Of a stretch of DNA of 64,000 nucleotides, positions 19,794 to 33,028 are shown piece by piece (the stretch's first letter is position 1; each line of letters opens with the position of its first letter). Origin of the DNA: Sulfolobales archaeon HS-7 (lineage in GTDB: Archaea; Thermoproteota; Thermoprotei_A; Sulfolobales; Sulfolobaceae); the NCBI GenBank assembly GCA_019704295.1, contig AP024596.1:736001-800000 (forward strand), read 5' to 3'. The position numbers and the translations under genes are program-made. A model generated the notes under the pieces. It had not been told where the DNA came from and ran no database searches. It saw only the letters and a program-made list of their open reading frames with translations.

Positions 19794-20128
19794 TAATAAG
19801 ACATTTATACCGAAAACTTACTATTTTCAATATTGTAGTTTGAGTGGATGTTTTCAATAATACAGGTTGTCGCTAACCATTACGTCCTCACAAATACGAC
19901 TTCTTTTTCTATTACATACCTCATTTGTAAGTAACGGTTCTATAGGTCAAAAGGGGTTAATGTCGCATTATAGGATTCCTTTTTACCTAATATGGATAGT
20001 TTTAAGAATAGAAGGTTATATTAACAACCTTAAATATTTCCGTAAAGATTACCTTTTCCTTATTTTAATATATTAACTCAGCTTTTAGTGGATAAACAAA
20101 AATATGTGACAGAAATTAGTGGAGTAGT

Positions 20129-20200
20129 GAATGGGTCCCTGGAGGCCCACTTTCACAGAGTCCAAACGGACACTCAGTGGGAGTCGCCAGACCCTAATTC
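20129..20200 (-). ncRNA. GC-rich stem-loop, candidate K-turn/H-ACA-like small RNA
   Basis: Minus strand: GAAU/AUUC, GGGUC/GACCC, internal loop, CCCACU/AGUGGG, CUGA..UGUGA K-turn-like motif, GUCC/GGAC. Divergent from tRNA-Phe. Confidence 0.5.
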
Positions 20201-20246
20201 AAAGAGGGGGGAAAAGTCTTAAAAACATTGATGAAGACTATTCTCT

Positions 20247-20330
20247 GCCGTCGTAGCTCAGCCCGGGAGAGCACCCGGCTGAAGGAGGCCGGAAACCGGG
20301 GTGTCCGGGGTTCAAATCCCCGCGACGGCA
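20247..20330 (+). tRNA. tRNA-Phe(GAA) with a 10-nt intron at 37/38 (20285-20294)
   Basis: Removing GAGGCCGGAA gives a standard 74-nt cloverleaf with anticodon arm CCCGG-CTGAAGA-CCGGG. Confidence 0.92.
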
Positions 20331-20968
20331 TTATATTTAGTATAAACTCGATTAGTTGAACTCACTTTCAATCGGATTATACTATACTATATTAACCATA
20401 TACCCTTATGTTTCTCATTCGACTCCTACGCCTTTTACAAGACTAACTATCTTGGGTATATGGAGAGCAATTGTCATTACTTTCAAATAACGGTGAAGTT
20501 TGTATACTTCTTATATAAAACATATTTTATAAATCTTATCATCAGATATGGATGAGTTTTCCCAAAAAAGTGACAGGGCATTCCACAAATGTACGGGTTT
20601 CCCAATATGAGCAAGTGTGAATTGCCCGCTAAAGGGACGAAGAGAAATGCTTTCGATTTCAGCAAGGCCATTCAAATACCTCTATTAACGTTGATTACGG
20701 AAGATGCTGGAAAGGTACTGAGTACTTTACTACTGGGAAACTGTTATCAACTGTACTAATGGTTTGCTTCTTAGAGAAGCTCTTCCTTAAATTTTACGTG
20801 ATTTCTATTAAAAGTTATTATAATTAGCTTATTTCGATCAAAAATTCTCAATTACCTTACGTTAAGTATTATTAAATCTCTTGAAGCCGAAGAAAGCGCT
20901 GTTAGAGTTTTTATAAACTTGTCGTATAATGTTTTTTTCCATTACTCATATAGAGAGAAAATTATCCA

Positions 20969-22186
20969 CTAATCTATCACCTTGACATCAAGTCCTTCCG
21001 ACTTTAATTTCGACATGAATGAAAATAGTGCCTCTTGAAATATTAGTTCAAAGGTTACATATACATTAGTAAAACCTGGACTTACCTCAGCACTTATTCT
21101 GTCATGCTGTACCTCTATTACATTGCCCTTAACATCCGCTACGTAACCAAGAATTCTATTTAAATATCCAGGTTTATCTGGAACTACTACTTTAACTCTA
21201 ACAATTTGCTTATGCTTGTGCCTTACATGCGCTATTACATTTGAAAGAAGAGATAAATCTATATTTCCTCCACTAATTAACGATATAACTTTTTTACCTT
21301 TCACGTCAACTCTGCCAGAGATCAGCGGAGCAACAGATGCTGCCCCTGCACCCTCAGCTAATGTTTTAGCTCTTTCCAACAATAACGTTATTGCCTCTGA
21401 TATTTCCTCATCATCAACCGTTACCACGTCATCTACAAGATCTTTAATTACCTCAAAAGTGATCTCGGAAGGCGTTTTAACTAATATACCGTCAGCAATA
21501 GAAAAAGATGGTTGTACTTCAGTCAGTTTTCCCGTTTTCTTTGACATTGCAAGAGAAGGTGAAGCCTTTGACTGTACTCCTATAATTTTTACAGATGGTA
21601 AGAGATTTCTCAATCCAATGGAAATCCCGGAAATAAGCCCTCCTCCCCCTATTGGGACTAAGACTACATCAGGTCTCAGTTCAGCTATTTCAAAGCTAAT
21701 CGTTCCTTGTCCTAAAACTACGTCAATATCATCATAAGGGTGTACTAAAGTATAACCGTATGCAGACATAAGTTCCTCTGCTTTTTTCATACTTTCATGA
21801 ATGTAATTACCATATAGAACCACCTCAGCTCCGTACTCTCTCGTTGCAAGGTATTTGGATATAGGAGCGTTTTCTGGCATAACAATAACAGACTTTATCT
21901 TCAATTTATTAGCAGCATAAGCTACACCCTGAGCATGGTTACCTGCCGAAACCGCAATAACACCCTTATTCTTTTGAGGTAATAAGGTAAGCATCTTGTT
22001 AAACGCTCCTCTAACCTTAAATGAACCAGTCTTCTGTAAATTCTCCAACTTTAGGTATACTTCCCCTTGACAAATTCGAGATAAGGTATTAGAGTAGTCC
22101 GTAGGCGTAACATGAATAAAGTCGATGATTCTATCCCTACTCTTTTTAAGATCCTCAAATAATTCACTGTAACTACGATTAAGCAT
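20969..22186 (-). CDS. ilvA: Threonine ammonia-lyase with C-terminal ACT domain
   Basis: [38 protein letters not shown]; ACT motif PDKPG. Confidence 0.93.
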   Translation of the reverse strand: MLNRSYSELFEDLKKSRDRIIDFIHVTPTDYSNTLSRICQGEVYLKLENLQKTGSFKVRGAFNKMLTLLPQKNKGVIAVSAGNHAQGVAYAANKLKIKSVIVMPENAPISKYLATREYGAEVVLYGNYIHESMKKAEELMSAYGYTLVHPYDDIDVVLGQGTISFEIAELRPDVVLVPIGGGGLISGISIGLRNLLPSVKIIGVQSKASPSLAMSKKTGKLTEVQPSFSIADGILVKTPSEITFEVIKDLVDDVVTVDDEEISEAITLLLERAKTLAEGAGAASVAPLISGRVDVKGKKVISLISGGNIDLSLLSNVIAHVRHKHKQIVRVKVVVPDKPGYLNRILGYVADVKGNVIEVQHDRISAEVSPGFTNVYVTFELIFQEALFSFMSKLKSEGLDVKVID

Positions 22187-22679
22187 TTTCTAGCCTCTTA
22201 ACTCTATTAACAATTGGCTCTTTAAGCTTCTTATAAGTGTCTTCTAAAGTCTCTGGCATAACCTTTGTATTACTAGTAAGAGCTATGAAGTTTAGATCTC
22301 CAATCCATCGAGGAATAACGTGAATATGAATGTGTTGCTCTACACCTGCACCAGAGGCCCTTCCTATGTTAATACCTATATTTAAACCTTCAGGTTTATA
22401 GACTTCCCTTAGAGTATCAACTGAAATTTTAAGGAGATTCATCATCTCGTCGATTTCCTCATGTTCTAACAATTCAATGCTAGGTACATGACGATAAGGA
22501 ACTATCATAAGATGACCAGTATTATAGGGATATAAGTTTAATATTATGTATGATTTTACTCCCCGGTATATTATATAGACATCCTGATCATCCTTTTGAA
22601 CTACGTTACATAATATACATCCTTCGCCTTTGTTCCCGACAATATACTTCATCCTCCATGGAGACCATAAAATATCCAT
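22179..22679 (-). CDS. HIT-family hydrolase (Ap4A phosphorylase-like)
   Basis: [28 protein letters not shown]. Confidence 0.92.
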   Translation of the reverse strand: MDILWSPWRMKYIVGNKGEGCILCNVVQKDDQDVYIIYRGVKSYIILNLYPYNTGHLMIVPYRHVPSIELLEHEEIDEMMNLLKISVDTLREVYKPEGLNIGINIGRASGAGVEQHIHIHVIPRWIGDLNFIALTSNTKVMPETLEDTYKKLKEPIVNRVKRLENA

Positions 22680-22724
22680 AAGAATAGGTTAAGTCGTTCT
22701 GAGTTAATATTAGTAATTGGAGGG

Positions 22725-22960
22725 ACCCCTTGGTTTCCACTGGAACTTAATTGATAAGATATAAAGCAGATTAAGTCAGGTTATACAAACTAAAGGAGTG
22801 AAAACATTCTCTACTTTCCAAATGAAAGAGAGGGGTATCTGGGAAAACGTTTATAGTTCAGAAGAGTTGAATATTGATTAAGATAAGTCAGTTTAATAAT
22901 TGTATGAAAAACGATATTCAAATTGTTGTTAACTGGTTTCTCCAGTGGAAATTAAGGGGT
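22725..22960. promoter_or_regulatory. Probable replication origin (oriC1-type) with three ORB elements
   Basis: ORB minus 22725-22746 GTTCCAGTGGAAACCAAGGGGT; ORB plus 22939-22960 TCTCCAGTGGAAATTAAGGGGT; degenerate ORB plus 22815-22836 TTTCCAAATGAAAGAGAGGGGT. AT-rich spacers; matches the archaeal ORB consensus with G-string. Confidence 0.85.
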
Positions 22961-23071
22961 AATTTACTCCCCGGTTAAACGCGGAGAAATATTATAAAAG
23001 TAAAATATTAGCTAGTTATAGTAGAATATCAATAAAATTTTTATAAAAAAGTGCAAAAAGGCGTTATAATA

Positions 23072-23155
23072 CGCCGGGGACGGGATTCGAACCCGTGCGG
23101 GGAAACCCCCACCGGCTCTCCAGGCCGGCCCCTTAGTCCGCTCGGGCACCCCGGC
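23072..23155 (-). tRNA. tRNA-Ser(GGA)
   Basis: Cloverleaf with long variable arm, anticodon loop CTGGAGA; follows rps10. Confidence 0.97.
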
Positions 23156-23160
23156 ACTAG

Positions 23161-23472
23161 TTATTGTATTAATTCTATCTCTATATACACGTTTTCAGGG
23201 ACTCTAAGTCTCATTAGTTGTTTCATAACACGTTCATCTGCTGCTATATCGATCAGCCTTTTATGGACACTCATTCTCCATTTCTCCCATTTCTTTCTAC
23301 CTTCTCCATGTGGAAGTTTCATAACGGGCACTGTCATGTTTTTAGTTGGAATAGCTATTGGTCCTCTCATATATATTCCTGATTTCTCCGCAATATTTCT
23401 TATTTGTGTTACTACGTTTTGAAGATCCTCTACATTAGTACTCCATAGCCTTATTCTTGCTCTAGAGGGCAT
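23161..23472 (-). CDS. rps10: 30S ribosomal protein uS10
   Basis: ARIRLWS, GPIAIPT, HKRLIDI. Confidence 0.97.
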   Translation of the reverse strand: MPSRARIRLWSTNVEDLQNVVTQIRNIAEKSGIYMRGPIAIPTKNMTVPVMKLPHGEGRKKWEKWRMSVHKRLIDIAADERVMKQLMRLRVPENVYIEIELIQ

Positions 23473-23496
23473 ATATTAAGGCACCAATTTAGTATA

Positions 23497-24804
23497 TTAC
23501 TTAATTTCTATTTTGGCGGGCTTTACATTGGTTACCGTTCCTACGCCAACAGTCTTAGACATATCTCTTATTGCGAACCTCCCCAGTTTTGGAAACTCTG
23601 ATACTTTCTCCACAACTACAGGCTTTAATGGTTTAAACGTAACCATCGCGAGATCTCCCCTCTTAAGTAATTTCGGATTTTCCTCTATAACTTTTCCAGT
23701 GTTATCCATTCTGTTCTTAATTTGTACTATCTTACATGAAACACTTGCTTCATGAACGTGGAGATAGGGGGTGTACCCGACTGGTATTGCTGTTGGATGC
23801 CATACAATAAATAATGTTGCATCAAACTCATCTGCAACCGTTGGTGGGTTGTCAGGATGTCCAATCACGTCACCTCTCTTGACATCATTCTTTGTTAATC
23901 CCCTTAAGTTTACACCTACATTATCCCCAGGTTCGGCCTTATCAACTCTCTCATGGTGAGTTTCGATCGTACGTACCTCTGTTGCTTTTCCTGACGGTAA
24001 GATGACTACCTTATCTCCGGTCTTTAAAGCACCAGTCTCAACTCTACCTGTGACAACAGTGCCAACTCCTGTAACAGATATCACTTCTGTTATTGGCATT
24101 CTTAACGGTTTATCAATAGGCTTTGGCGGAATTTCTAAAGTATCGAGAAGTTCCTCTAGTGTAGGACCGTTATACCAGGGCATTTTATCCGATTTTACGT
24201 AAAGATTATCACCAGTAAGTGCAGACACTGGGACAAATCTAACCTTACTCATGTTCATAACTACTTCTTTCTCTAAGTACCTCTTTACTGTCTCCATTAC
24301 CTCATTATATCTTTTTTGATCGTATGGTGGTTCTGTAGCATCGATTTTGTTTATAGCTACAATTAACTGGCTTACACCCATTACCTTAGCTAGCAACGCA
24401 TGTTCACGCGTCTGCCCTTCAGATGACATACCAGCTTCAAACTCACCCTTTCTAGCAGATACAACTAAAATAGCCGCATCAGCTTGACTGGTACCAGTGA
24501 TCATGTTTTTAACGAAATCCCTATGACCAGGGGCGTCAATAATGGTGAAGAAGTACTTTTTAGTTTCAAACTTCATGAAACTTAAGTTAATCGTGATTCC
24601 TCTTTCTCTCTCCTCTTTCATTCTATCAAGCAGAAAGGCAACTTTGTCCGAGTCTTTTCCAAGTTTTTTAGCCGCCTCCTCAGCCTCTTTAAGTGTTTTT
24701 TCATCTATGAATCCTCTATTAAGCAGTAAATTCCCAACTAATGTACTTTTACCGTGGTCTATGTGGCCTATTACTATTAGGTTTAAGTGTGGTTTTTGTG
24801 GCAT
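23497..24804 (-). CDS. tuf: Elongation factor 1-alpha
   Basis: GHIDHGKST, ERERGITI, DAPGHRDFVKNMITG, NKID, GRFAIRD; GGAGGT SD upstream. Confidence 0.97.
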   Translation of the reverse strand: MPQKPHLNLIVIGHIDHGKSTLVGNLLLNRGFIDEKTLKEAEEAAKKLGKDSDKVAFLLDRMKEERERGITINLSFMKFETKKYFFTIIDAPGHRDFVKNMITGTSQADAAILVVSARKGEFEAGMSSEGQTREHALLAKVMGVSQLIVAINKIDATEPPYDQKRYNEVMETVKRYLEKEVVMNMSKVRFVPVSALTGDNLYVKSDKMPWYNGPTLEELLDTLEIPPKPIDKPLRMPITEVISVTGVGTVVTGRVETGALKTGDKVVILPSGKATEVRTIETHHERVDKAEPGDNVGVNLRGLTKNDVKRGDVIGHPDNPPTVADEFDATLFIVWHPTAIPVGYTPYLHVHEASVSCKIVQIKNRMDNTGKVIEENPKLLKRGDLAMVTFKPLKPVVVEKVSEFPKLGRFAIRDMSKTVGVGTVTNVKPAKIEIK

Positions 24805-25092
24805 TGGAATTACCTCCTAATTTGGAACATCATGTATAACATTAAAAATCTTAGCATACTACAGACCAGCGCGTCCTATACTTCCTAGTTCTTAAATATG
24901 AGGTAAGATTTCACTCACTAGTTTCATCAAAAGTTTCAAGCATGGAATTTCAGTAAATCTGTAAGTTATTACCCTTTCTCCTGTTAGACTTATGGAATCA
25001 TATTAAGGTCGATTTCTCCTTCTTTCACTGAACCCTGAAAAAAGTCGGTTATGTTAAAGGTTATTAACGAAGTGATAAATAACTAATATATA

Positions 25093-25539
25093 ATGGATGA
25101 AGATGAATTAAAAGTTGTAAGAATAGAAGCTTTTTTTACTCCTACACAGGCTACTCCTGTTATTGTATGTTATCTTGAAGATGATAGGCAGTTTGTATTA
25201 TACCATATATTACCAGAAATAATCATTGCTATAAATAAATTATTGGGAGTGGGTGATTATTCAGAACATTTTGGTCATGGAAGAGAAACACTATATGATG
25301 TTTTATCATCTATTAACGAGTTAAGGGACACCTTATCCGAGAAAATATCTAGAGTAGTGATAGATCAATTATATCCCGACCTCGGAGTTTTTAGTGCAAC
25401 CTTAGAGTTGAGGTTTGATGGGGTGATAATTGAGAAAAAGATGGTTCCAAGTCATGCTATCTATCTAGCTCTACTTGCAGATAAGCCAATTTATGTAAGG
25501 AAAAATCTTATCGATAGTCAGCAATCGGAAAATACGTGA
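25093..25539 (+). CDS. Bifunctional-nuclease-domain (DUF151-like) protein
   Basis: VVIDQL...FSATLEL and PSHAIYLALLADKPIYV; the family that normally sits between rps12 and rps7 in Sulfolobales. Confidence 0.8.
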   Translation: MDEDELKVVRIEAFFTPTQATPVIVCYLEDDRQFVLYHILPEIIIAINKLLGVGDYSEHFGHGRETLYDVLSSINELRDTLSEKISRVVIDQLYPDLGVFSATLELRFDGVIIEKKMVPSHAIYLALLADKPIYVRKNLIDSQQSENT

Positions 25540-25703
25540 TAGGATATAATGATACTTAACCTCTTTCTCTACAGGGGGTTTTCCTTCATACTTTAAAATA
25601 TATCAGATAAACTCATCTAATAGATAGACGTAATATTAGCAGTAGGTCAGTTTTAATAGGCTATTTTAGTAGATAGAGGTATAACAATGTAAAAGGTGTC
25701 GAA

Positions 25704-26285
25704 ATGGAAAGCGAGCAGGATTATATTGAAATGAAACTGTTTGGAAAATGGGATTTCAAAGTAAATATTAGGGATCCCAGTCTTAAGAAATACATATCAA
25801 TTGCTCCCTCAATTTCTATTCATAGTAGTGGCAGGTACCAAAGAAGAAGGTTTGGTAAGTCCAGAATGTTCATAATTGAAAGATTAATGAATGATCTATT
25901 AAGACCTGGGAGAAATAAGGGAAAGAAAATATTAGCATATAACATCATTAGGATGGCGTTCGAAATAGTAGCTGCTAGAACCCATGAAAATCCTCTACAA
26001 GTGCTTATAAGGGCAATTGAAAACGCTGCCCCTAGGGAAGAGACTACTAGGATAATGTACGGAGGAATAGTGTATTATGTAGCAGTTGATGTTTCACCAC
26101 AACGAAGAGTCGACTTAGCATTAAGGAATTTATGTTTAGGGGCTAGGCAAGCATCTTTTAACAAACCAATTCCAATCGAAGAGGCGTTAGCAGAGGAAAT
26201 AATAGCCGCAGCTAATAATGATGAAAAAAGCTTTGCAATCAAAAGGAAGGAAGAGATAGAAAGAATTGCGTTAAGTTCGAGATAA
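25704..26285 (+). CDS. rps7: 30S ribosomal protein uS7
   Basis: [43 protein letters not shown]. Confidence 0.97.
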   Translation: MESEQDYIEMKLFGKWDFKVNIRDPSLKKYISIAPSISIHSSGRYQRRRFGKSRMFIIERLMNDLLRPGRNKGKKILAYNIIRMAFEIVAARTHENPLQVLIRAIENAAPREETTRIMYGGIVYYVAVDVSPQRRVDLALRNLCLGARQASFNKPIPIEEALAEEIIAAANNDEKSFAIKRKEEIERIALSSR

Positions 26286-26334
26286 CAGTTGTTTTTCCCT
26301 TACATATTAACTGTTCTACGATGAGTCGGATTCC

Positions 26335-26425
26335 CTATATCATTTCACCAAAAATTTTTACGGCAGTAAGATATTTATAGTTTTTCTATAAAAATGTAAG
26401 AATAACTCAACCTAAGAAGCAAGAT
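26335..26425 (-). mobile_element. ISH3 terminal remnant
   Basis: catttcaccaaaaatttttacggcagtaagat resembles 13070-13100 and 1622-1655. Confidence 0.55.
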
Positions 26426-26662
26426 ATTCTCTCAGGATTTTAGGTGGAACGAAGTTAAAAAAACTCTAATAGCGGTTTATAAGCAACTCTATTCTCTCTG
26501 ACCTTTATTTCAACCGCTATAGTAAGTGTTAAGAAATCCCTCACTAAGCCTTAATTGTCCTCGCCTACTTAATAATAAATAAGGTGTTACAATAGGTTAG
26601 AACTCGTTTATTCACCCTCCAGCGTTCTAGAAATTACTTCATTTATCTTCATAGCGGTTTAA

Positions 26663-27953
26663 AAGGGGCGGAAGAACCTTGAGGGCGGATACCCCACCCT
26701 TGTAGTAAAGGATAAATAGTTGTGATTCACGATTCTCCTAATGCTCTATGTGGGGTTTAGATTTAGGGCTTACGTGAAGCGACATTGAGGGCATTAAGGG
26801 CCAGGTTAAAGTTGACGTACGAAACAACACTTTGCGATAAGCAGATTTTTATTTCTATTCGAGGAGTTAACAGTTTTAACCCAAACCGAGTTGAGGAAAC
26901 TCGCCCTAAACCTGAGGAAGCAGAACGAAGAGTATAGAATACCGCACTCTCAAGTTGCTCAGAATATTTCGGATCGCTTTTACTAGGCTAGACGGAGGTT
27001 CTTTGACGAAATAGTGCATTTTCTTAGGAAGAAGCGTAAGTGGTTTTCCCTGGTCTACCCGCAGAGCTGTTGGAAAGTCCTGAGCGTAAGGAAGGTAAGG
27101 AAGAAGAGTAGGGAGGCAGGGAAGGGGCAACTCAAGGAGTTGGTTAAGTTAAGTTTTTCCACTTAGACGTCTTCAAGTTTTTATAAACGGGGACGTCCCC
27201 CTGGACAAGGTCAAGATAGTTATCGTAAAGTTGACGCCTTCGGAGAGAGTCTACATGTCCTTCATGTTCGAGAGATAGAAGTTCCTCAAGCTACCTCAGG
27301 TCAACAAGACCGTTGTGCTGGACATAGGTGTCAAGAACCTCATCATGACGTCAGATGGGGGAGTACTTCTCCAATCTCAGCCCTTACAGGATGGCCTTGT
27401 GGAAGGTGAGGCGCTTGCATAAGATCCTGTCCTGGAAGGAGTTCCTCTCTAAGAACTAGTTCGATACAAAAGTGAAGTTGTCCGAGGTCTACGAGTACCT
27501 TAAGAACCTCAGGAGAGACCTTCACATAAAACTTGGTAAATACTTAGCAAAGAACTACGACGTTCTCATCATGGAGGACGCAAACGTCAAGAAGCTTGTG
27601 GGCAAGCCCCTCCGAAAAACCAGTACACATAACGTAACCTTCCACTAGATGAAGTCCTCCTTGAAATACTAGATGCAAAAGCACGGTAAACGATCACTCT
27701 CGCGAATCCTGTATACACGTCCAAAACATGTGTCAAACGAGGTAACGTGGAGGAAGACCTAACCCATCTTGATCTAACGTTCTCCTGTCCCTAATCTGGG
27801 CGGGTCACTGACCATGATTCCAACGCCTCTCTGAACATTTTGAGTAATTCCTGCAACCCTTAGGACCTGTGAAGCTACATCCCCCTCCGGTTCTTAGGTA
27901 CTAGTCAGGTGGAACCGTGAATCTGGAAGCCCCTTCTAGTGTAGAGTGTTCAC
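26663..27953 (+). mobile_element. ISC1316-like IS200/IS605 (tnpB-only) element, ~1.29 kb, decayed
   Basis: TTTAA immediately 5' (26658-26662), left-end hairpin, tnpB relic, right end ending TTCAC. Confidence 0.85.
26741..27900 (+). pseudogene. tnpB: TnpB pseudogene
   Basis: MLYVGFRFRAY start, RuvC-I VVLDIGV, RuvC-II LIMED, NPVYTSKTC, D.NASLNI; many stops and frameshifts. Confidence 0.9.
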
Positions 27954-28025
27954 CATCGTAACACACCGAACTTTTGATTAAAACCTTGGAAGCTATGAAT
28001 CTGGAAGCTTACTTCCTAAATGGTA

Positions 28026-28469
28026 TTATCTCACTGGTTTCTGTTTTTTCCCCTTATAGAGGGCATCTAATGAAACTCCATTGACCATTATTACCTTATA
28101 TCTTACTCCTGGGAGGTCTCCCATCGATTTTCCAAGAGTACCTCCTATTCCTGCGATGATCACCTCATCATGCTCATCTATAAAGTTCACTCCTCCATCT
28201 CCAGGAACAAAAGCAGTTACCACTCTTCCATCTTTTACTAATTGAACTCTAACGCACTTCCTAACTGCCGAATTTGGTTGTCTAGACTCTATTCCTACTT
28301 TTTCAAGTACTATGCCACGTGTCATTGGAGCCTTTCCTAAAGGATCAAATTTCTCCTTTAAACGTAATACCCGTATCTTATACGCTCTTAAACTCCATTT
28401 AAACTTCTTTCTCTTCAGTTTCAACTTTCTTGATGCAAATAAACCCTTCGGTGATTTACTTCCTGTCAT
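28026..28469 (-). CDS. rps12: 30S ribosomal protein uS12
   Basis: [24 protein letters not shown]. Confidence 0.98.
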   Translation of the reverse strand: MTGSKSPKGLFASRKLKLKRKKFKWSLRAYKIRVLRLKEKFDPLGKAPMTRGIVLEKVGIESRQPNSAVRKCVRVQLVKDGRVVTAFVPGDGGVNFIDEHDEVIIAGIGGTLGKSMGDLPGVRYKVIMVNGVSLDALYKGKKQKPVR

Positions 28470-28473
28470 TTTC

Positions 28474-28899
28474 TCACTCTATTATGACTGAGTCAATGTC
28501 TTTATATCTCTTCAAAATAAGTTTAGCTCTCTGAACGTTTCTTCCGTTCTTACCAATTGCAATACCTTTATCATTAAAGTCGACCCTGATATGCATTACT
28601 TTCTTTGAGTTATTCTGGACAATCTTTATCGCTCTTACTCTCGCAGGGGCCATTATGTTCTCAACTAGTTTCTCCATATCATCGTTATACTCGACTATCT
28701 CTATGTCCTTTCCAATAACGTTCTTAAGTTTTCTAACATTAGTCCCCCCCTTGCCTATCGCTAACCCAGTCTGTCCTGGATTAACGAGGAATATTATCCT
28801 ATCCTCGGTAATAATGCAATCTCTTGCAGTTACCCTTGTAACGTCTTGGAAAAGCGACATATACTTTAGTTCTTCTGGCGTTAATTTTATATCAGGCAT
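28474..28899 (-). CDS. nusA: Archaeal NusA (two KH domains)
   Basis: GLAIGKGG and [12 protein letters not shown] motifs; conserved position. Confidence 0.95.
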   Translation of the reverse strand: MPDIKLTPEELKYMSLFQDVTRVTARDCIITEDRIIFLVNPGQTGLAIGKGGTNVRKLKNVIGKDIEIVEYNDDMEKLVENIMAPARVRAIKIVQNNSKKVMHIRVDFNDKGIAIGKNGRNVQRAKLILKRYKDIDSVIIE

Positions 28900-28905
28900 A
28901 AAAGC

Positions 28906-29199
28906 TTATTCACCTCTAATTTCTAATCCCTCCGCCTCAATAACTCCTATACATGATATCATATACGGTTTACCTAATAGAGCCCCTAACTCATAACCCG
29001 AGCCGTTATATATCTGAACGGGGATATTGGAAGCCGTACATAATCCTAATATTTCATTTTTCAACTCATCATTTATATTATTAGATAAAAACACATATTT
29101 ACATTTACCTTTTTTTATTGCCTTTATTGTTGTCTTAGATCCGATCACGTATTTACCGGTTCTAACAACCTGCTTTATATCAATATTAGGTTTTGAAAT
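28906..29199 (-). CDS. rpl30e: 50S ribosomal protein eL30 (start codon uncertain)
   Basis: RTGKYVIGSKTTIKAIKKG and ELGALLGKPY. Homology extends upstream of the first GTG (29148) to an in-frame ATT at 29199. Confidence 0.9.
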   Translation of the reverse strand: MSKPNIDIKQVVRTGKYVIGSKTTIKAIKKGKCKYVFLSNNINDELKNEILGLCTASNIPVQIYNGSGYELGALLGKPYMISCIGVIEAEGLEIRGE

Positions 29200-29205
29200 T
29201 TCATT

Positions 29206-33020
<3,815 letters not shown>

Positions 33021-33028
<8 letters not shown>

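Noticed and set aside
19800-20800. Short ORFs 19867-20076 and 20483-20671
   Set aside because: No motifs; they look like decayed sequence that I cannot assign to a family.
22725-22960. 20-bp inverted repeats first read as MITE terminal repeats
   Set aside because: They match the ORB consensus with G-string, a third direct copy lies between them, and there is no target duplication; reassigned as an origin.
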